The notes under the pieces are model-generated. The model made no database searches. It saw only the letters and a list, made by a program, of their open reading frames with translations, and was not told where the DNA came from. This document shows positions 1 to 11,139 of a stretch of 20,000 nt of DNA, in pieces. The translations under genes were made by a program, and so were the position numbers. The first letter of the stretch is position 1, and each line of letters begins with the position of its first letter. Origin of the DNA: Chiloscyllium plagiosum (lineage: Eukaryota); NCBI RefSeq assembly GCF_004010195.1, contig NC_057754.1:12808878-12828877 (forward strand), given 5' to 3'.

Positions 1-756
1 TGTCAGCATTAACAGGGATTCCTGGGAATATGTCACTATTTCTGGGCGTTCCCAGTGAGTCTGTCAGTATTTACAGGGAGACCTGGAAATGTGTCAGTAT
101 TTTCAGAGGTTCCTGGGGAGTATGTCAACATTTACAAGGAGTCAAGGAGAATGTGTCAGTAATTACAGGGGGTTCGGGGGGCGGGGGGTGGCGTGCCAGT
201 ACTGACAAGGGATTCTAGGGAGTGCGCCAGTATTTACAAAGGTCCACGCAGAGTGTCAGTATTTAAACGGGGTCCCGGGGAGTGTGTCAGCATTTGCAGC
301 ATGGTATTGAGGGTATCACTATCTACAAGGAGTGTCACGGAGTGCATCACTATTTACAGAGGGTCCCAGAGAAAATGCCTGTAATTACAGGGGGTCACTA
401 TTTACAGGGGGTGTAAGGAATATGTCAATATGTATAGCGGGTACCAGGGAATGTGCCAGTATTTGTAGGATGTTTATGGAGTATATTAGCATTTAAAGCA
501 GGTCCCAGGGAGTGCGCCACTATTTACAAAGCGTCTCAGGGAGTGTGGCAATATTTCCATGTGGTCACGGTGAGTTTTTTCTGTATTTGCAGAGTATCTA
601 CGGAGTGAATCAGTATTTATTGGACATCCCGGAGGGTGTGTCACTATTTACACTTTGAACAGCGAGTGTGGCAGTATTTGCTTGAGGTCCCGGGGAGTGT
701 GTCAGTATTTACAGGGGGTCCCGGGGATTGTGTCAATTTTTGCAGGGTGTCCCAGG
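1..756. repeat. Degenerate ~30-31 bp minisatellite (consensus approx. GGGAGTGTGTCAGTATTTACAGGGGTCCCG), roughly 24 copies, running off the left edge
   Basis: The TGTCA(G/C)TATTTACA core recurs at about 1, 31, 62, 92, 123, 154 and onward with G-rich linkers. ORFs 30-218, 193-384 and 636-887 are periodic translations of it. Confidence 0.92.
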
Positions 757-1250
757 AACATAGAACATTACAGCACAGTACAGGCCCTTCGGCCCTCGAT
801 GTTGCGCCGCCCTGTCATACTAATCTGAAGCCCATCCCACCTACACTATTCTATGTACGTCCATTTGCAAGTCTAATGACGACTTAAATGCACTTAAACT
901 TGGCGAATCTACTACCGATGCAGGCAAAGCATTCCATACCCTTACTACTCTCTGCATAAAGAAACTACCTCTGACATTTGTCTTATACTTATTTCCCCTC
1001 ACTTTAAAGTTGCGTCCCCTCGTGTTTGCCGTCCCCATACTTGGAAAAAGGCTCTCCCTGTGCACCCTATCTAAGCCGCTGATTATCTTGTATGTCTCTA
1101 TTAAGTCACCTCTCTACCTTCTTCTCTCTAACGAGAACAGCCTCAAGGCCCCCAGCCTTTCCTCGTAAGACATTCCTTCCATACGAGGCAACATCCTAGT
1201 AAATCTCCTCTGCACCCTTTCCAAAGCTTCCACATCCTTCTTATAATGCG
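757..1250 (-). mobile_element. CR1-clade LINE 3' fragment (ORF2 C-terminus + 3'UTR + TTCTATG tail) inserted in the minisatellite
   Basis: Begins aacatagaacattacagcacagtacaggcccttcggccc, the reverse complement of a CR1 3' end. ORF 841-1065(-) has the CR1 ORF2 C-terminal motif 'FFMQRVVRVWNALP...AFKSSLD'. The minisatellite resumes afterwards. Confidence 0.92.
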
Positions 1251-1260
1251 TAACATGATG

Positions 1261-1362
1261 CATTTACAGGGGATCAGGGGGTTGTGGCATTATTTACAGG
1301 CGGACCTGGGGAGTGTACTGGGATTTGTAGCAGGTCCCGAGGGAGTGTGTCACTATTTACAG
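1261..1362. repeat. Continuation of the ~30 bp minisatellite (about 3 units)
   Basis: catttacagggg... tatttacaggcggacctggggagtgt... gggagtgtgtcactatttacag match the unit of 1-756. Confidence 0.85.
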
Positions 1363-1586
1363 AATTGCACACAATATTGTAAAAATGACCGAACCAAAGC
1401 GCTGCACAGCTGCCTCTCCTAATTTTCGAGGTGCATGTTATGCTTTTTAAAGCAATGGATTTTATCTTGACTTCTGTTGATGCTCCTGAACAATTTCTTA
1501 AACTGTACTTTCTCAGGTGCATTAAATTAGCTGTAGCTCCGCTGCTCATTTTAAATAAAAAGACCTTTTCTCATAACTCCCTATAA

Positions 1587-1914
1587 GGGTGGCATGATGG
1601 CTCAGCAGTTAGTACTGCTACCTCACAGCCCCAGGCACCCTGGTTTAATTCCCACATCGGGCAACTGTCTGTGTGGAGTTTAAACATTCTCCCCGTGCCT
1701 ACGTGGCTTTCCTCCGTGTGCTCTGATTTCCTCCCACAGTCTAAAGATGTGCAAGGAAGGTGAATTGGCCATGCTAAATTGCCTGTAGTGTTAGGTGGAT
1801 TAGTCAGGAGTAAATGCAAGGGATATGGGTCTGGGTGGGGTGCCCTTCGGAGGGTGGATGTGAACATTTGGGCCGAAGAGCCTGTTTCCACACTGTAGGT
1901 AATCTAATCTAATC
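1587..1914 (+). mobile_element. HE1-type tRNA-derived V-SINE (diverged copy)
   Basis: Has a tRNA-like head (tggctcagcagtt A-box, ggtttaattccc B-box), the V-SINE core 'tgtgtggagttt...ttctccccgtg...tttcctcccacagtc', a LINE-like 3' end gggccgaagagcctgtttccacactgta and an (AATCT)n tail. Homologous to 11695-12009. Confidence 0.9.
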
Positions 1915-2291
1915 CTTCCTGTGCATAGGCTGACTGACTTTACAAGGCAAGACCTGTTGAGACAGAATTACACACTTCCAGAGAAAACACTTGGAATCTC
2001 CAAAGTGATCTCTTAGCCATTGGTTTATTCTACTAAACCTGGAGATTGTCCAGCAGTTTAACTTCACCAATGACTGTTGCTGCACCATGCACGATATCCT
2101 AACATTTTCTGTACCCACTGTTTTCTGTAATTCACCAAATTAAAACGATGGCAGTAAAATTAGAATAACCTTGCCCTGTCTGATATGATTATCCTGTGAC
2201 ACCACCATTCGAGATCATTTAAAATTGTATTTTGCGAAAATTTACAAATTATTTTTTATCATTTGGGTGGTCGTTATTACAATGGAGATTT

Positions 2292-3196
2292 ATACTCGTA
2301 GAGATGTACTGCACGGAAACAGATCCTTTGCTCCAACTCATCCATGCCGGTCAGATATCCTAACCTAATCTGGTTCCATTTATCAGCACTTGGCCTATAT
2401 CCCTCAAAACCCTTTCTACTCGTGGTCATATCCAAATGCATTTTAAATGCTGTAATTGTACCAGCCTCCACCACTTCTTTGGCAGTTCATTTAATGTATC
2501 CACCAACCACGGGTGAAAACGTTGTCCCTTAGGTCCCTTCTCATATCTTTCCCCTCTCAGCCGAAACCTATTCCCACGACATCCGGACTTTTCCACTCCA
2601 GCAAGAAAAAAGCTTTGCCTACATATCCCATCCATGGCTCTCATGACTAAAACAAACTTCGATAAATGCACCCCTCAGTCTCATAGGCTGCAGGGAAAGC
2701 AGCCCCAACCTATTCAGCCTCTCCCTATAGCTCAAAATCTCCAATCCTGGCAGCATCCTTGTAAATCTTTTCTGAGATTTCACAAGTTTCACAACATTAT
2801 TCCGATAGGAAGTAGGCCAGAATTGCACCCAATATTCCAAACGTGGCCTAACCAACGTCTTGTGCAGCCGTATCGTGACATCCCCACTCCGATAGAGAAT
2901 GCTCTGACCAATAAAGGAATGCATACTAAATGCCTTCCTCAGTATCCTGTCTACTTGCGACTCCACTTGCAAGGAACTATGAACCTGCACTCCAAAGTCT
3001 CCTTGTTCACTCCCTAGACCTTTGCATTACGTCCTGCTCTGATTGACTTTTCCAAAATGCAGAACCTTGCATGTATCTAAATTAAACTCCATCTGCCACT
3101 CCTCGGCTCATTTGCCCATCTGAACAAAATCCGTTTATACCCTGAGTTAAACTTCGCTGTCCACAACACCTCCAATTTTGATGTCATCTGCAAACT
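2292..3196 (-). mobile_element. CR1-clade LINE 3' fragment (RT C-terminal part + 3'UTR), frameshifted
   Basis: ORF 2619-2990(-) reads 'LHKTLVRPRLEYWVQFW...QKRFTRMLPGL..LSYRERLNRLGLLSL' and ORF 2277-2474(-) reads 'VEAGTITAFKMHLD'. The 5' truncation lies at the FADD codons (gtcatctgcaaa on +). Confidence 0.92.
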
Positions 3197-3388
3197 GTAA
3201 TTGGTGTAACGAGTAATATATGATGGGCTTTATTAATACACAACAGTCATTGCACATGGCAATTCAGAGTTAAACTTCGCTGTCCACAAGACCTCCAATT
3301 TTGATGTCATCTGCAAACTGTAATTGGTGTAACGAGTAATTATGATGGGCTTTATTAATACACAACAGTCATTGCACATGGCAATTCA
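3144..3388. repeat. Near-perfect tandem duplication, 123 bp + 122 bp
   Basis: 3144-3266 and 3267-3388 both read gagttaaacttcgctgtccacaa...gcacatggcaattca. They differ by one substitution (aacacc/aagacc) and one 1-bp indel (aatatatg/aattatg). Confidence 0.97.
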
Positions 3389-4079
3389 AGAGCAGGGTCA
3401 TCTCTCTGCCTCTGTGGGTGTATAATATACGGAATTTTAATGATATTTAAATATTCTAAATCAATTATACTCATTATACTGTGACTTGCGTTTATTTTCT
3501 CTAATTCACCCAGTTGTGGTTAGTGGTGCCAGATTTTTTTTTTGAAACGCATTCAGAGGATGTGGGTGTCCAATTGCGAACCTAATTATTTGGACTCAGA
3601 TTATTCCGAAGAAGTACTGTGAGCTCTGCTGCATGATGTTTTCTGCAGTGGTGTTACTAATACTAAGGTTCATTTTTTGGTTCATTTTAAATATTTAATG
3701 TCCATTTTTCTTCTGCACCCTTCTCCACCCAATCACTTTCATTTTATCTTGTATGAAGCCAGTTATATATTGAATATTTCTCCCTTTTGGTGGGAGAGCA
3801 CGGGCCTGAAATGTTACTTTCATTCTCTCCGGACGTTGCGGTCACTTTAAGATAAAAGTACAATGACGAAACAGTGAGTGTATCTACCAAAGAGTGAACT
3901 GGCACTGCTCCAGAAATCCAATTCCGAAATCATTGCCTATTTTTACAGATCAAGAAATATTATGCTCAAACTAGGTTACCTTTCTCTGAGCCAATTGTTG
4001 AATTTTTATATTATCGGAGCAGGAGCTAGATTCCAACTCCAGGGAAGTGAATGTTGCTTATTGAGCCGGATGTGAGCAG

Positions 4080-4971
4080 TTAAAATGGATGTTTTACTGG
4101 CTTTTTAATCAGGCAGTTTGATGAATGAGCTCAAAGTAAAAGACACCATAAAAAAGTGTATTCAGGATCAGTGAGATCTTTGAGTATTTGTACACAGGTC
4201 TCAGGAAATGTTAGGAGGAGGTGAAGACATTTATTATGGACGAGACCAAACCCCCTCAAATTAAGTCAACGCGACAGCCTGGACTCTAACTTTTATATGA
4301 AAGGCATGCATAAGGTGCAGTGATTCAGATGTGATTCGATTGGTCGAACTATTGGGCTTTAAGTAAAGCATAGTTTATTTTTAAAGTGTTAACATACAAG
4401 CAAAAAAACTAACAAACAAAAATAAACTATTCAGCTGCAACCTCTAAACAGAACTTTGGGAACGGCAAATTGAGCAAAAGAGTTGTTTGAATAAAACATG
4501 AACGATCATTCGGGATATGGCACAAAAACAAGGAGTTAATAATACTATTGTATAAAGTACTGATTACAACTCATTCTGGTAATTTTGCATATTTACCGGC
4601 CATCAGGAAAGACTTCAAGACCCTGATGGCGCTGCAGAAGACACTGCTAAGAACTGTTTCAGCGATTTAGGAATTCAGATCTGTTTAAAGTAATTTCAGG
4701 GTGCTTTATTTAGAACAGAGAAAATGTAGGAGATTTACTTGGGTGTTTCAACCTCCTGAAGAAGGGCAATATGTTACACAACGATCTATTGTCACCCAAA
4801 AAGCACTGCCAGAAAGGGAAGTGGAAACAGATCCAATAGCAACTTTCAAAGAATAATTTAATTATTCACAAAACATGAAATTAGTAGAATGGGAAAACCC
4901 CTCTAAAGCCCAGCCCAGTCACCATGGGCTGGAACTCTCCCCTCTCCTGCGCTGAACATTCTATGTTTCTG
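4080..4971 (+). mobile_element. Old, highly decayed CR1 LINE 3' fragment (interrupted by an LTR-like piece)
   Basis: Residual CR1 motifs (ctgcagaaga...aagaa, ttagaacagagaa), a 3'UTR-like atgggctggaa...ctctcctgcgctg, and a ttctatgtttctg tail at 4959-4971. The 5' boundary is approximate. Confidence 0.6.
4232..4500 (-). mobile_element. Diverged fragment of a Gypsy-type LTR related to 15608-15967 and 18580-19192
   Basis: tattatggacgagaccaaaccccctcaaa...ctaacttt resembles tgttatggacaaggtcagaaccctcaaaa...ctaacttt at 15608, and a similar tttattt plus A-rich tract follows. The right boundary is uncertain. Confidence 0.55.
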
Positions 4972-5284
4972 AAATAGACTGAGTTATCTCTCGTCCTCCG
5001 AGATCCTGTACCCAAAGTGGCAATGTAGCAGCGTCTCTTCCAGAAACTCCACATCCTGGATCACACAACATTCTCCATTTTGCAAAATTTGACTTTCCAT
5101 CCTACAGATTACTGTCAACTGCTGGAAACTGTACCCATGAGAAATACCTAACTGATATACCTCAGGAAATAAAGAAGAAATTTATAGCTTTAAGATGGAG
5201 TTTGAATGCACTCTGAAAGCGCTCTCCCAGTTTCCTCGCACTCTGTAACTGAGTCTTCCTTTGAGCGGAGAAGAACTGTGCCCT

Positions 5285-6910
5285 ATCTCTCCAGTATACG
5301 TATAGAAGTGGTACTGGAAGGATTTGGTGTATTGTAAGCCTTCAAGGATGTAGTCTCTCGAACAGTTCCTATGGATTGCAGGGCAGCAATGGATCCCTAC
5401 TATTTTAGAAAATGACACAGAGAGAAAACAGAATTATAGACCTATTTGCCTGGCATCAGAAATGATGAATTGCTGGAATCTATCATAAAGAATATAATGG
5501 CAGAGCACTTGTAGCATAGTGCTAGTATTGGACACAATCAGCATGGATTTAGTAAAGGGAAATTATGCTTGACAAATCTAGTGCAATGTTCTGAGATTTC
5601 TTGAATTTCTGATTAGGGGAAGGAGTGGATGGATTTTACTTGGAGTTTTAGAAGTCTTTCGATAAGGTCCCATGACAGGTGTTAGCAAGAGGAATTAAAG
5701 CACGTGATTGGGAACAATGTACTGACATGGACAGAAAACTGGTTGTCAGCCAAGAAAGATTGAACTGGTCTTTTTCTAAATGGCAGACAGTAGCAGGTAA
5801 CAGTGTTTGGGCCGCATTTATGTATGCTAATAATTTAGAGGAAGCAGCTGGACGTAAAAATTCCCAAATTTGTACATGACAAATGGCTGAGTGGGAGTGA
5901 GAGGGCCGAGGTGAACAGTGAACAAGGCAAAGATATTCTTCAGTCCGATTGTGACAAGTTGGGTGAGTGGGTAAATGCATGACAGGTGACGTATAATGTC
6001 GACAGATGCAAGTTTGTCCACTCTGGGAGAAAAACAGGAAGGTGGATTATTTTTTAAATGGTGATAGTTTGGGAAAAGGAGAGGTGCAACGAGACCTGCA
6101 TGTCGTTGTACACCAGTCATGGAAAATAAGCATGCAGGAATAGCAGGGAGTGAAGAAGTGGTCAAATGTGAATGTGTCCCCTTTGGCACCAAACACGCGA
6201 AGTCAGTTTATTAACTTAATGATCCTAGCGTGGGAACAGTAGGGTATTTCAGTCAGAGCTGTTTATCCATGCCCATCGTTCGCTGAAAGCCACAGGCGGG
6301 GGCAGCAGGCTGTGTAGAAGGCACACGTTATGTTCACCTTCATAGTGAGAGGATTCAAGTACAGCAGCAGAAATGAATTGCTGCAATTGTTCATGGCCCT
6401 GATGAGATCAGCCTGCAGTGTTTTGTGCAGTGTTGGTTTCCTTTATCTGAGATGATGTTCTGGCTGCAGTGGTAGTATAAAGGTTTACCAGATTGATTCC
6501 TTTGAGGACAGCAAAGTTTAGCAAGAGAGGTTAGTTTGGTTAGTACGCTATTGGAATCTCATAACCTGCGAAAATCTAACTTGCTGAGACAGAGGAAACA
6601 CAGGAAGGATGTTCCTGATCACCAGGCAGTCCAGAATCATGAATCACAGTCTGAGGATACAGGGTGGGTCATTGAGGACTGATATGATGAGAAATCTCTT
6701 CACCCAGCGAGAGTGAGCCTGTGGAATTCACTACCACAGAAAATAGGTAAGATCACAGTATTGAAAGCTTCCATTCTTTCGGCTAAAGGATAATAGAGTA
6801 AGTGAGGAAAAGGAGAACAGGGGATTGAGTTAAATCATCAACCATCATTAAGTTAAATTGCTGAGCAGACATTGATGGGCTGAATGGACTCCTACTACTC
6901 ATATTTTATT
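5285..6910 (+). mobile_element. Decayed CR1 LINE (RT domain to 3' end) with a duplicated or chimeric segment
   Basis: Codons for NYRPI.L (aattatagacctatttgcctg), QHGF.KGK.CLTNL (cagcatggatttagtaaagggaaattatgcttgacaaatcta) and FDKVP (ttcgataaggtccca), and a 3' end atgggctgaatggactcct. Many stops and frameshifts. Confidence 0.88.
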
Positions 6911-7303
6911 TAATTCCTCCTTGGCTGCTAGATGTGAGCAATGATCCAGAATGATTTATTGTTACATTTCTCATTATCTCAGTTTGAAGTAATTTTAAAA
7001 GAAAAATCATGGCATTTTGATGGACATAGTCTGCAGGTCTGGTCGCCTCTGTGCAGAGACAAAAAAGGCAGTGAATGTTTCAGTTGAAGATAACTCTTTA
7101 ATACGCTAGTCTCGGATTGGGCGTGGCTTTATAATCTGCATTCACTCTGTAAAGATTTTTGAGAATCGATGAATTTTGTTCAGTCTTGTTTGCACTCTCA
7201 TCCATCCCAAGGTAAGGAGGATGTTGCATATTTCAAGATAGTTGTGGAAATTGGAGTTCAGTAATCTCAGTTCCAGGACATCTCTGCAGGAGCTGCTCAG
7301 GGC

Positions 7304-7431
7304 AAGTAATTTTAATCATTGTGCACAGCGAGTTTATGATACAGCCCAACAGCATGTGGGACTTCAACAAATGTCTTCTATCCCAGAGTTAGAAACACTA
7401 TGAGTGTACTTCAACAGAACAAGTTTCCAAT
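7304..7431 (-). mobile_element. Short insertion resembling a decayed tRNA-derived SINE
   Basis: Interrupts the PQG/SVL motif of the host LINE. The minus strand reads ...tagtgtttctaactctgggatagaag...gttgaagtcccac..., which is B-box-like (gttcaagtccc). Confidence 0.45.
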
Positions 7432-7896
7432 GGTAGCGTCCTAAGCCAAACATTTTTTTTAGCATATTCATCTGTAACCTTCCTTTCATGATAAGGTTCG
7501 AAGTGGATATTTTCAACGACGATGATGAGATATTCAGCATAATTCGCAACTTCTCATGTACTGAAGCAGATCATGTCAAAAGTAAAAGGACCTGGACAAT
7601 ATCCAGGCTTGTGCTGAAAAGTGGCAAGTAATATTTACGCCATACCAATGCCAGAAAATGACTTTCTGCAGCGAGAGACAATCTAACTAATGCCCTTTGA
7701 TATTTGTGCCTGTCACTGAATTCTCTACCAGCAACATCTGACGGTTCCTATTGACCAGAAACTGAACTGGACTGGCAGTATAACTGGTAGTTAATATAAT
7801 AGGTCAGTAGTTAGGAATCCTGAGTCCTTAACTCACCTCCTGACTCCGCCAAGGCTGTCCACCTCACCGATCACAATTCAGGTGTGTAATGAAATA

Positions 7897-8025
7897 TTAG
7901 GCGCAAGTTGCGACCGCAGATGCTGGACATTAAAGTCGAGAGTGTTGTGCCAGAAGAACACAGCAGATCAGGCAGCATCCGAGGAGCAGGAAAATTGACG
8001 TTTCGGGCAAAAGCACTTCATCAGG
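7897..8025. mobile_element. Short Penelope-like (pLTR-derived) elasmobranch interspersed repeat inserted in the LINE
   Basis: gcagatgctgga...cacagcagatcaggcagcatccgaggagcagg...gacgtttcgggc...cttcatcagg is a motif I recognise as an abundant shark repeat. The host LINE is collinear on both sides, with aata at both junctions (7893-7896, 8026-8029). Related decayed pieces lie near 3800-3840, 7030-7100, 8868-8925 and 9380-9470. Confidence 0.6.
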
Positions 8026-8625
8026 AATACTTCCCACTTGCCTGCATTGGTTCAACCCCAGCAACACTGAAGAGGTTTGACACCATCCAGGTCAAAGTTC
8101 CCTGCTTGATTTGCTCTACATCCACAAGCATACATTCTGTTCACCAGCAATGTTTAGTAGCAACAGTGTGTACTATTCAAAAGACACGCTGCAGAAATTC
8201 ACCAAAGATCCAGTTCTATGGGAGTACCACCCCTCTCTACGTTAACCTCCAAGCCACTCACCATTCTGAATTGTAAATGTACTAATGTTCCTTCAACGCT
8301 AATGACTAATATGCTAGACTTGCTTCGTGAACAGCAGTGTGGGTAAACAACAGCAGATGAACTACAGGAGTTCAGGGGGTTAGCTCACTGGCATTTTCCC
8401 CTCGTGTAATTAGGGATGGGCAATTAAAGTGCTAGCCTAGCCAGTGATAGCCTGTTCAGACAATTGAACAAGACGACCTAAAATGTCTGACATCTTTTGC
8501 ACTTGCTCTGGGACAATATGACATCCTTTGGGTTTACAGTTATTTCTGGATTTCGCTTTGTTTGATGTATCACGAAGACAGAAGGAAAATGTTTGTTCAC
8601 CTGATTCTGACGAGTTGACCAAATA

Positions 8626-8862
8626 CCTGTGGGTCATGTAGGCCGGACCAGGTGAGGATGGCAAATTTACCTCCTGAAACGCTATAAAAGAACTGGGTCA
8701 GTTGTTACGCTTCTCCATGATGGTCCCTTAGTCCCCATTACTGGGACTAGCTATTTTCTTCATGACATTGATAAATTATTCGGGTTCCACCAGGTGACCT
8801 GTTGAGATTTAAACCCCTGCTACCAGGGAATTGAAATGCATCCTTTGGAATTCCCGACCAGT
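8626..8862 (-). mobile_element. Decayed SINE-like elasmobranch repeat (tRNA-like head toward 8862)
   Basis: ggtgaggatggcaaatttacctcc...ttccaccaggtgacctgttgagatttaaacccc gives a reverse-strand B-box-like gggtttaaatc. A probable 3' remnant of the same group lies at about 3540-3665. Confidence 0.5.
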
Positions 8863-9614
8863 CTGTCCTACAGATGCTGGCACAGAACTTTGCTTTACAT
8901 TCAGATCTCCATCGCCAGGTTTATGCTTCTCTTTGTCTTTATTTTTGCAGATATCTTGATTCTCCGAGGATCCCCTTTACCCTAAAATTGGTATTTCTTT
9001 TGTTTCCCATTATAAAAAGAATAACGATATTGATGTACATTAATGTATGCCATTTCCTTATTCTCCCAGGTTTAGACGGATCCTGTTGATTGAGGGAGCT
9101 CTATGGGTCTATAAACACTGCCCTCTCCCTCGGGTATTTATCCTGGGTGTTCCACCAAATCCAGCTGCACCATGTGACCGCCACTCGAGCGGGCCAGACG
9201 CGCTTACTTTTGAACTCCTGACCATTGCTCACCAACCACCACTTAGCGCATGCTCACTCGTCAGAACGACAACCCCCAGCGGGCACGTGGACGGAGTATT
9301 TTGTTGACATAAAGTTCACTGGCTATTACTATGCATGCGCTTTATCCCAGGGCAGCAGACGTAATGGAGTCCACACAAAGTATGCTGCAGGAAGTGAGTG
9401 GTTGAGCAAAGTTCCGTGGAGAGACACACAATTAATATTTGCATTCTGAACCGTCTCTTGTTCAGAACTGCAAGAAGCTGGAAAATGCTGGGGTGTGTGC
9501 TGTAAACTGAGGGAATCAGATGGCAAGGACTCACAGAGCTAAATAATGTCCTCTTTTGTTGAATATTTTACACGATTCCTTCACACATTTCCTCCTTCAT
9601 TTTCATACAAATTA

Positions 9615-10088
9615 AAAAATGACACAACACGAGGTTATAGTCCAATAGATATATTTAGAAATGCAAGCGTTCGGAGCGCTTCTCCTACTGGGACAGGAGC
9701 CTAGCGCACAAAATTTCGAGCAAAATATCCCAGTGTCAAGTATGCAACTGATTGGATATATTGAAGAAACCTAGATTGCTGTTAAGTCTTTAACCATGTA
9801 GAATGCGAATGCAGGTGTCAATTCATTAATCTGTAAATTCCAGAACGTCTTTCAAGTCACATTCCGAGATAACTCTAGGTTTTATAAAATAAAAGTGACA
9901 TTTCAGCTCAGACAATGCATTAAAGCTGTGAGGTGAAAATATATTTGTGTTACAAACTTGAGCCAGACTGGCTTTGATTCCAAAGTACGAATATACAAAA
10001 TGTCACATGGACTGACTGCCTACAGATTGTGTCATTTTTCTGCTAAATAGAATATATCTGCTAACATAAATCTGCGAATGGAAATTCA
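9615..10088. mobile_element. Penelope-like element fragment
   Basis: Starts aaaatgacacaacacgaggttatagtccaatag...gcgttcggagcgcttctcct, which I recognise from memory as the terminus of a common shark Penelope-like repeat. No intact ORF. Confidence 0.5.
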
Positions 10089-10617
10089 TTGAACCAGAAT
10101 AAAAAAAATCACAATCAAGGAACTCATATTCTCTGAGGTTCAGCTGGCTGACCTGTTCACGACCACTGCAGTGTGTCTACTAGAAATCAAGTACACGCTA
10201 TTGATAAGCAGTCACATACTCAGGGTAAAGGAAGGCATGAGACCATGCTTGGAAGTGAATGAGAGCTTCATTTTGGAGTTAGCCCAGAGAGTGGAAGAAA
10301 ATGGAATGTGAAGGAGATCTATGAAGAATGAAGAAGACAAGATAAATTGTCTGAATGTAGTATTCTATTTGTGAAATGGTTTCTGAGTTTGGGTGCAAAA
10401 CATACATTAAGTTTCTTTCGTAAATCATTGATACCTGCAGTTTCTGCATAATTTCCATGTGTTCTGTCTCCAATGTTTTATTTTTGGAATTGGTTGAAAA
10501 GCAATGACATAATTTATTTGAGCAGTTATATTGAGTGAAATGACTTACATGTATAACTACACGTGATCTTTCTGTTTCTGTTTTATATATATAACGTAAC
10601 ATTAATCAGACCATTGG

Positions 10618-11133
10618 ACATAAGAACATAAAAACTGGGAGCAGGTGTAGGCTATCTCACCCTTCGAGCATGCTCTGCAAACCAATAAGTTCATGCCTTA
10701 TCATTTCGTTCACTAAGCTTATCTTGGTTTTTGAAGTAGCGTCAACTGCTTCACTGTGCAAGGAATTCCATAGTATCACAACCCCTCTGGGTTCAACCCT
10801 AGTTTTGAGCCCTCTTGCCCTAATTTCACCGGTCAGTGGAAACATCATCTCTATTTTTATCTTATCTATTCCCTTCATAATCTTTCATGTTTGTGTCATA
10901 TCCCCCGCTTCTTCTGAATTCCAATGGAAGTAATCCCAGCCTACTCAGTCTCTCCTCATACACCAACCCCCAGAAATGTGCAACCAACTTAGTAAACCTC
11001 CTCTGTATCCCATGTGATGCCAGTACATCTTTTCTCAAGTGAGGAAACTAAAACTGCATGCAGAGACCCAGGAGTGGGCTCACCAGTAACCTATGCAGCT
11101 GCAACAAAACTTCCCTGCATTTAAACTCAATCC
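10618..11133 (-). mobile_element. CR1 LINE 3' fragment (TTCTTATG-type tail)
   Basis: acataagaacataaaaactgggagcaggtgtaggc is a reverse-complement 3' end. ORF 10657-10878(-) reads 'MKGIDKI...MFPL.GE.R.RG...VVILWNSL'. Confidence 0.88.
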
Positions 11134-11139
11134 GCCACC

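Larger units (their letters stand above)
7230..8452 (+). mobile_element. Decayed LINE of a second CR1/L2-superfamily family (RT C-terminal half + 3' end), carrying two nested insertions
   Basis: Split G.PQGSVL.P codons (gcaggagctgctcaggg...ggtagcgtcctaagcca), DD-motif region (tttcaacgacgat), 'DLDNIQA.A.KWQV.F' (gacctggacaatatccaggcttgtgctgaaaagtggcaagta), and a 3' end tagggatgggcaattaaagtgctagcctagccagtga. Confidence 0.75.

Noticed and set aside
168..191. G-quadruplex candidate
   Set aside because: Only three long G-runs plus GG, and it is a local expansion within a minisatellite unit.
30..887. ORFs 30-218, 193-384 and 636-887 as genes
   Set aside because: They are periodic translations of the minisatellite, and the last one runs into a CR1 tail.
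3851..3975. Possible tiny plus-strand exons (ag...gtgagt; tttttacag...gttacc)
   Set aside because: Splice signals are incomplete and the peptides are uninformative.
8925..9090. Plus-strand micro-exon 8951-8990 and acceptor at 9069
   Set aside because: The acceptors look good, but the donor (gtattt) is weak and the spliced frame stops immediately. It cannot be supported without RNA data.
9437..9444. ATTTGCAT octamer suggesting an immunoglobulin or snRNA promoter
   Set aside because: It lies in a decayed repeat fragment. No leader/V exon, RSS or snRNA is recognisable nearby.
10091..10311. ATG-less open frame on + (TIKELIFSEVQLADLF...)
   Set aside because: No recognisable domain or splice acceptor, and the length is within chance expectation.
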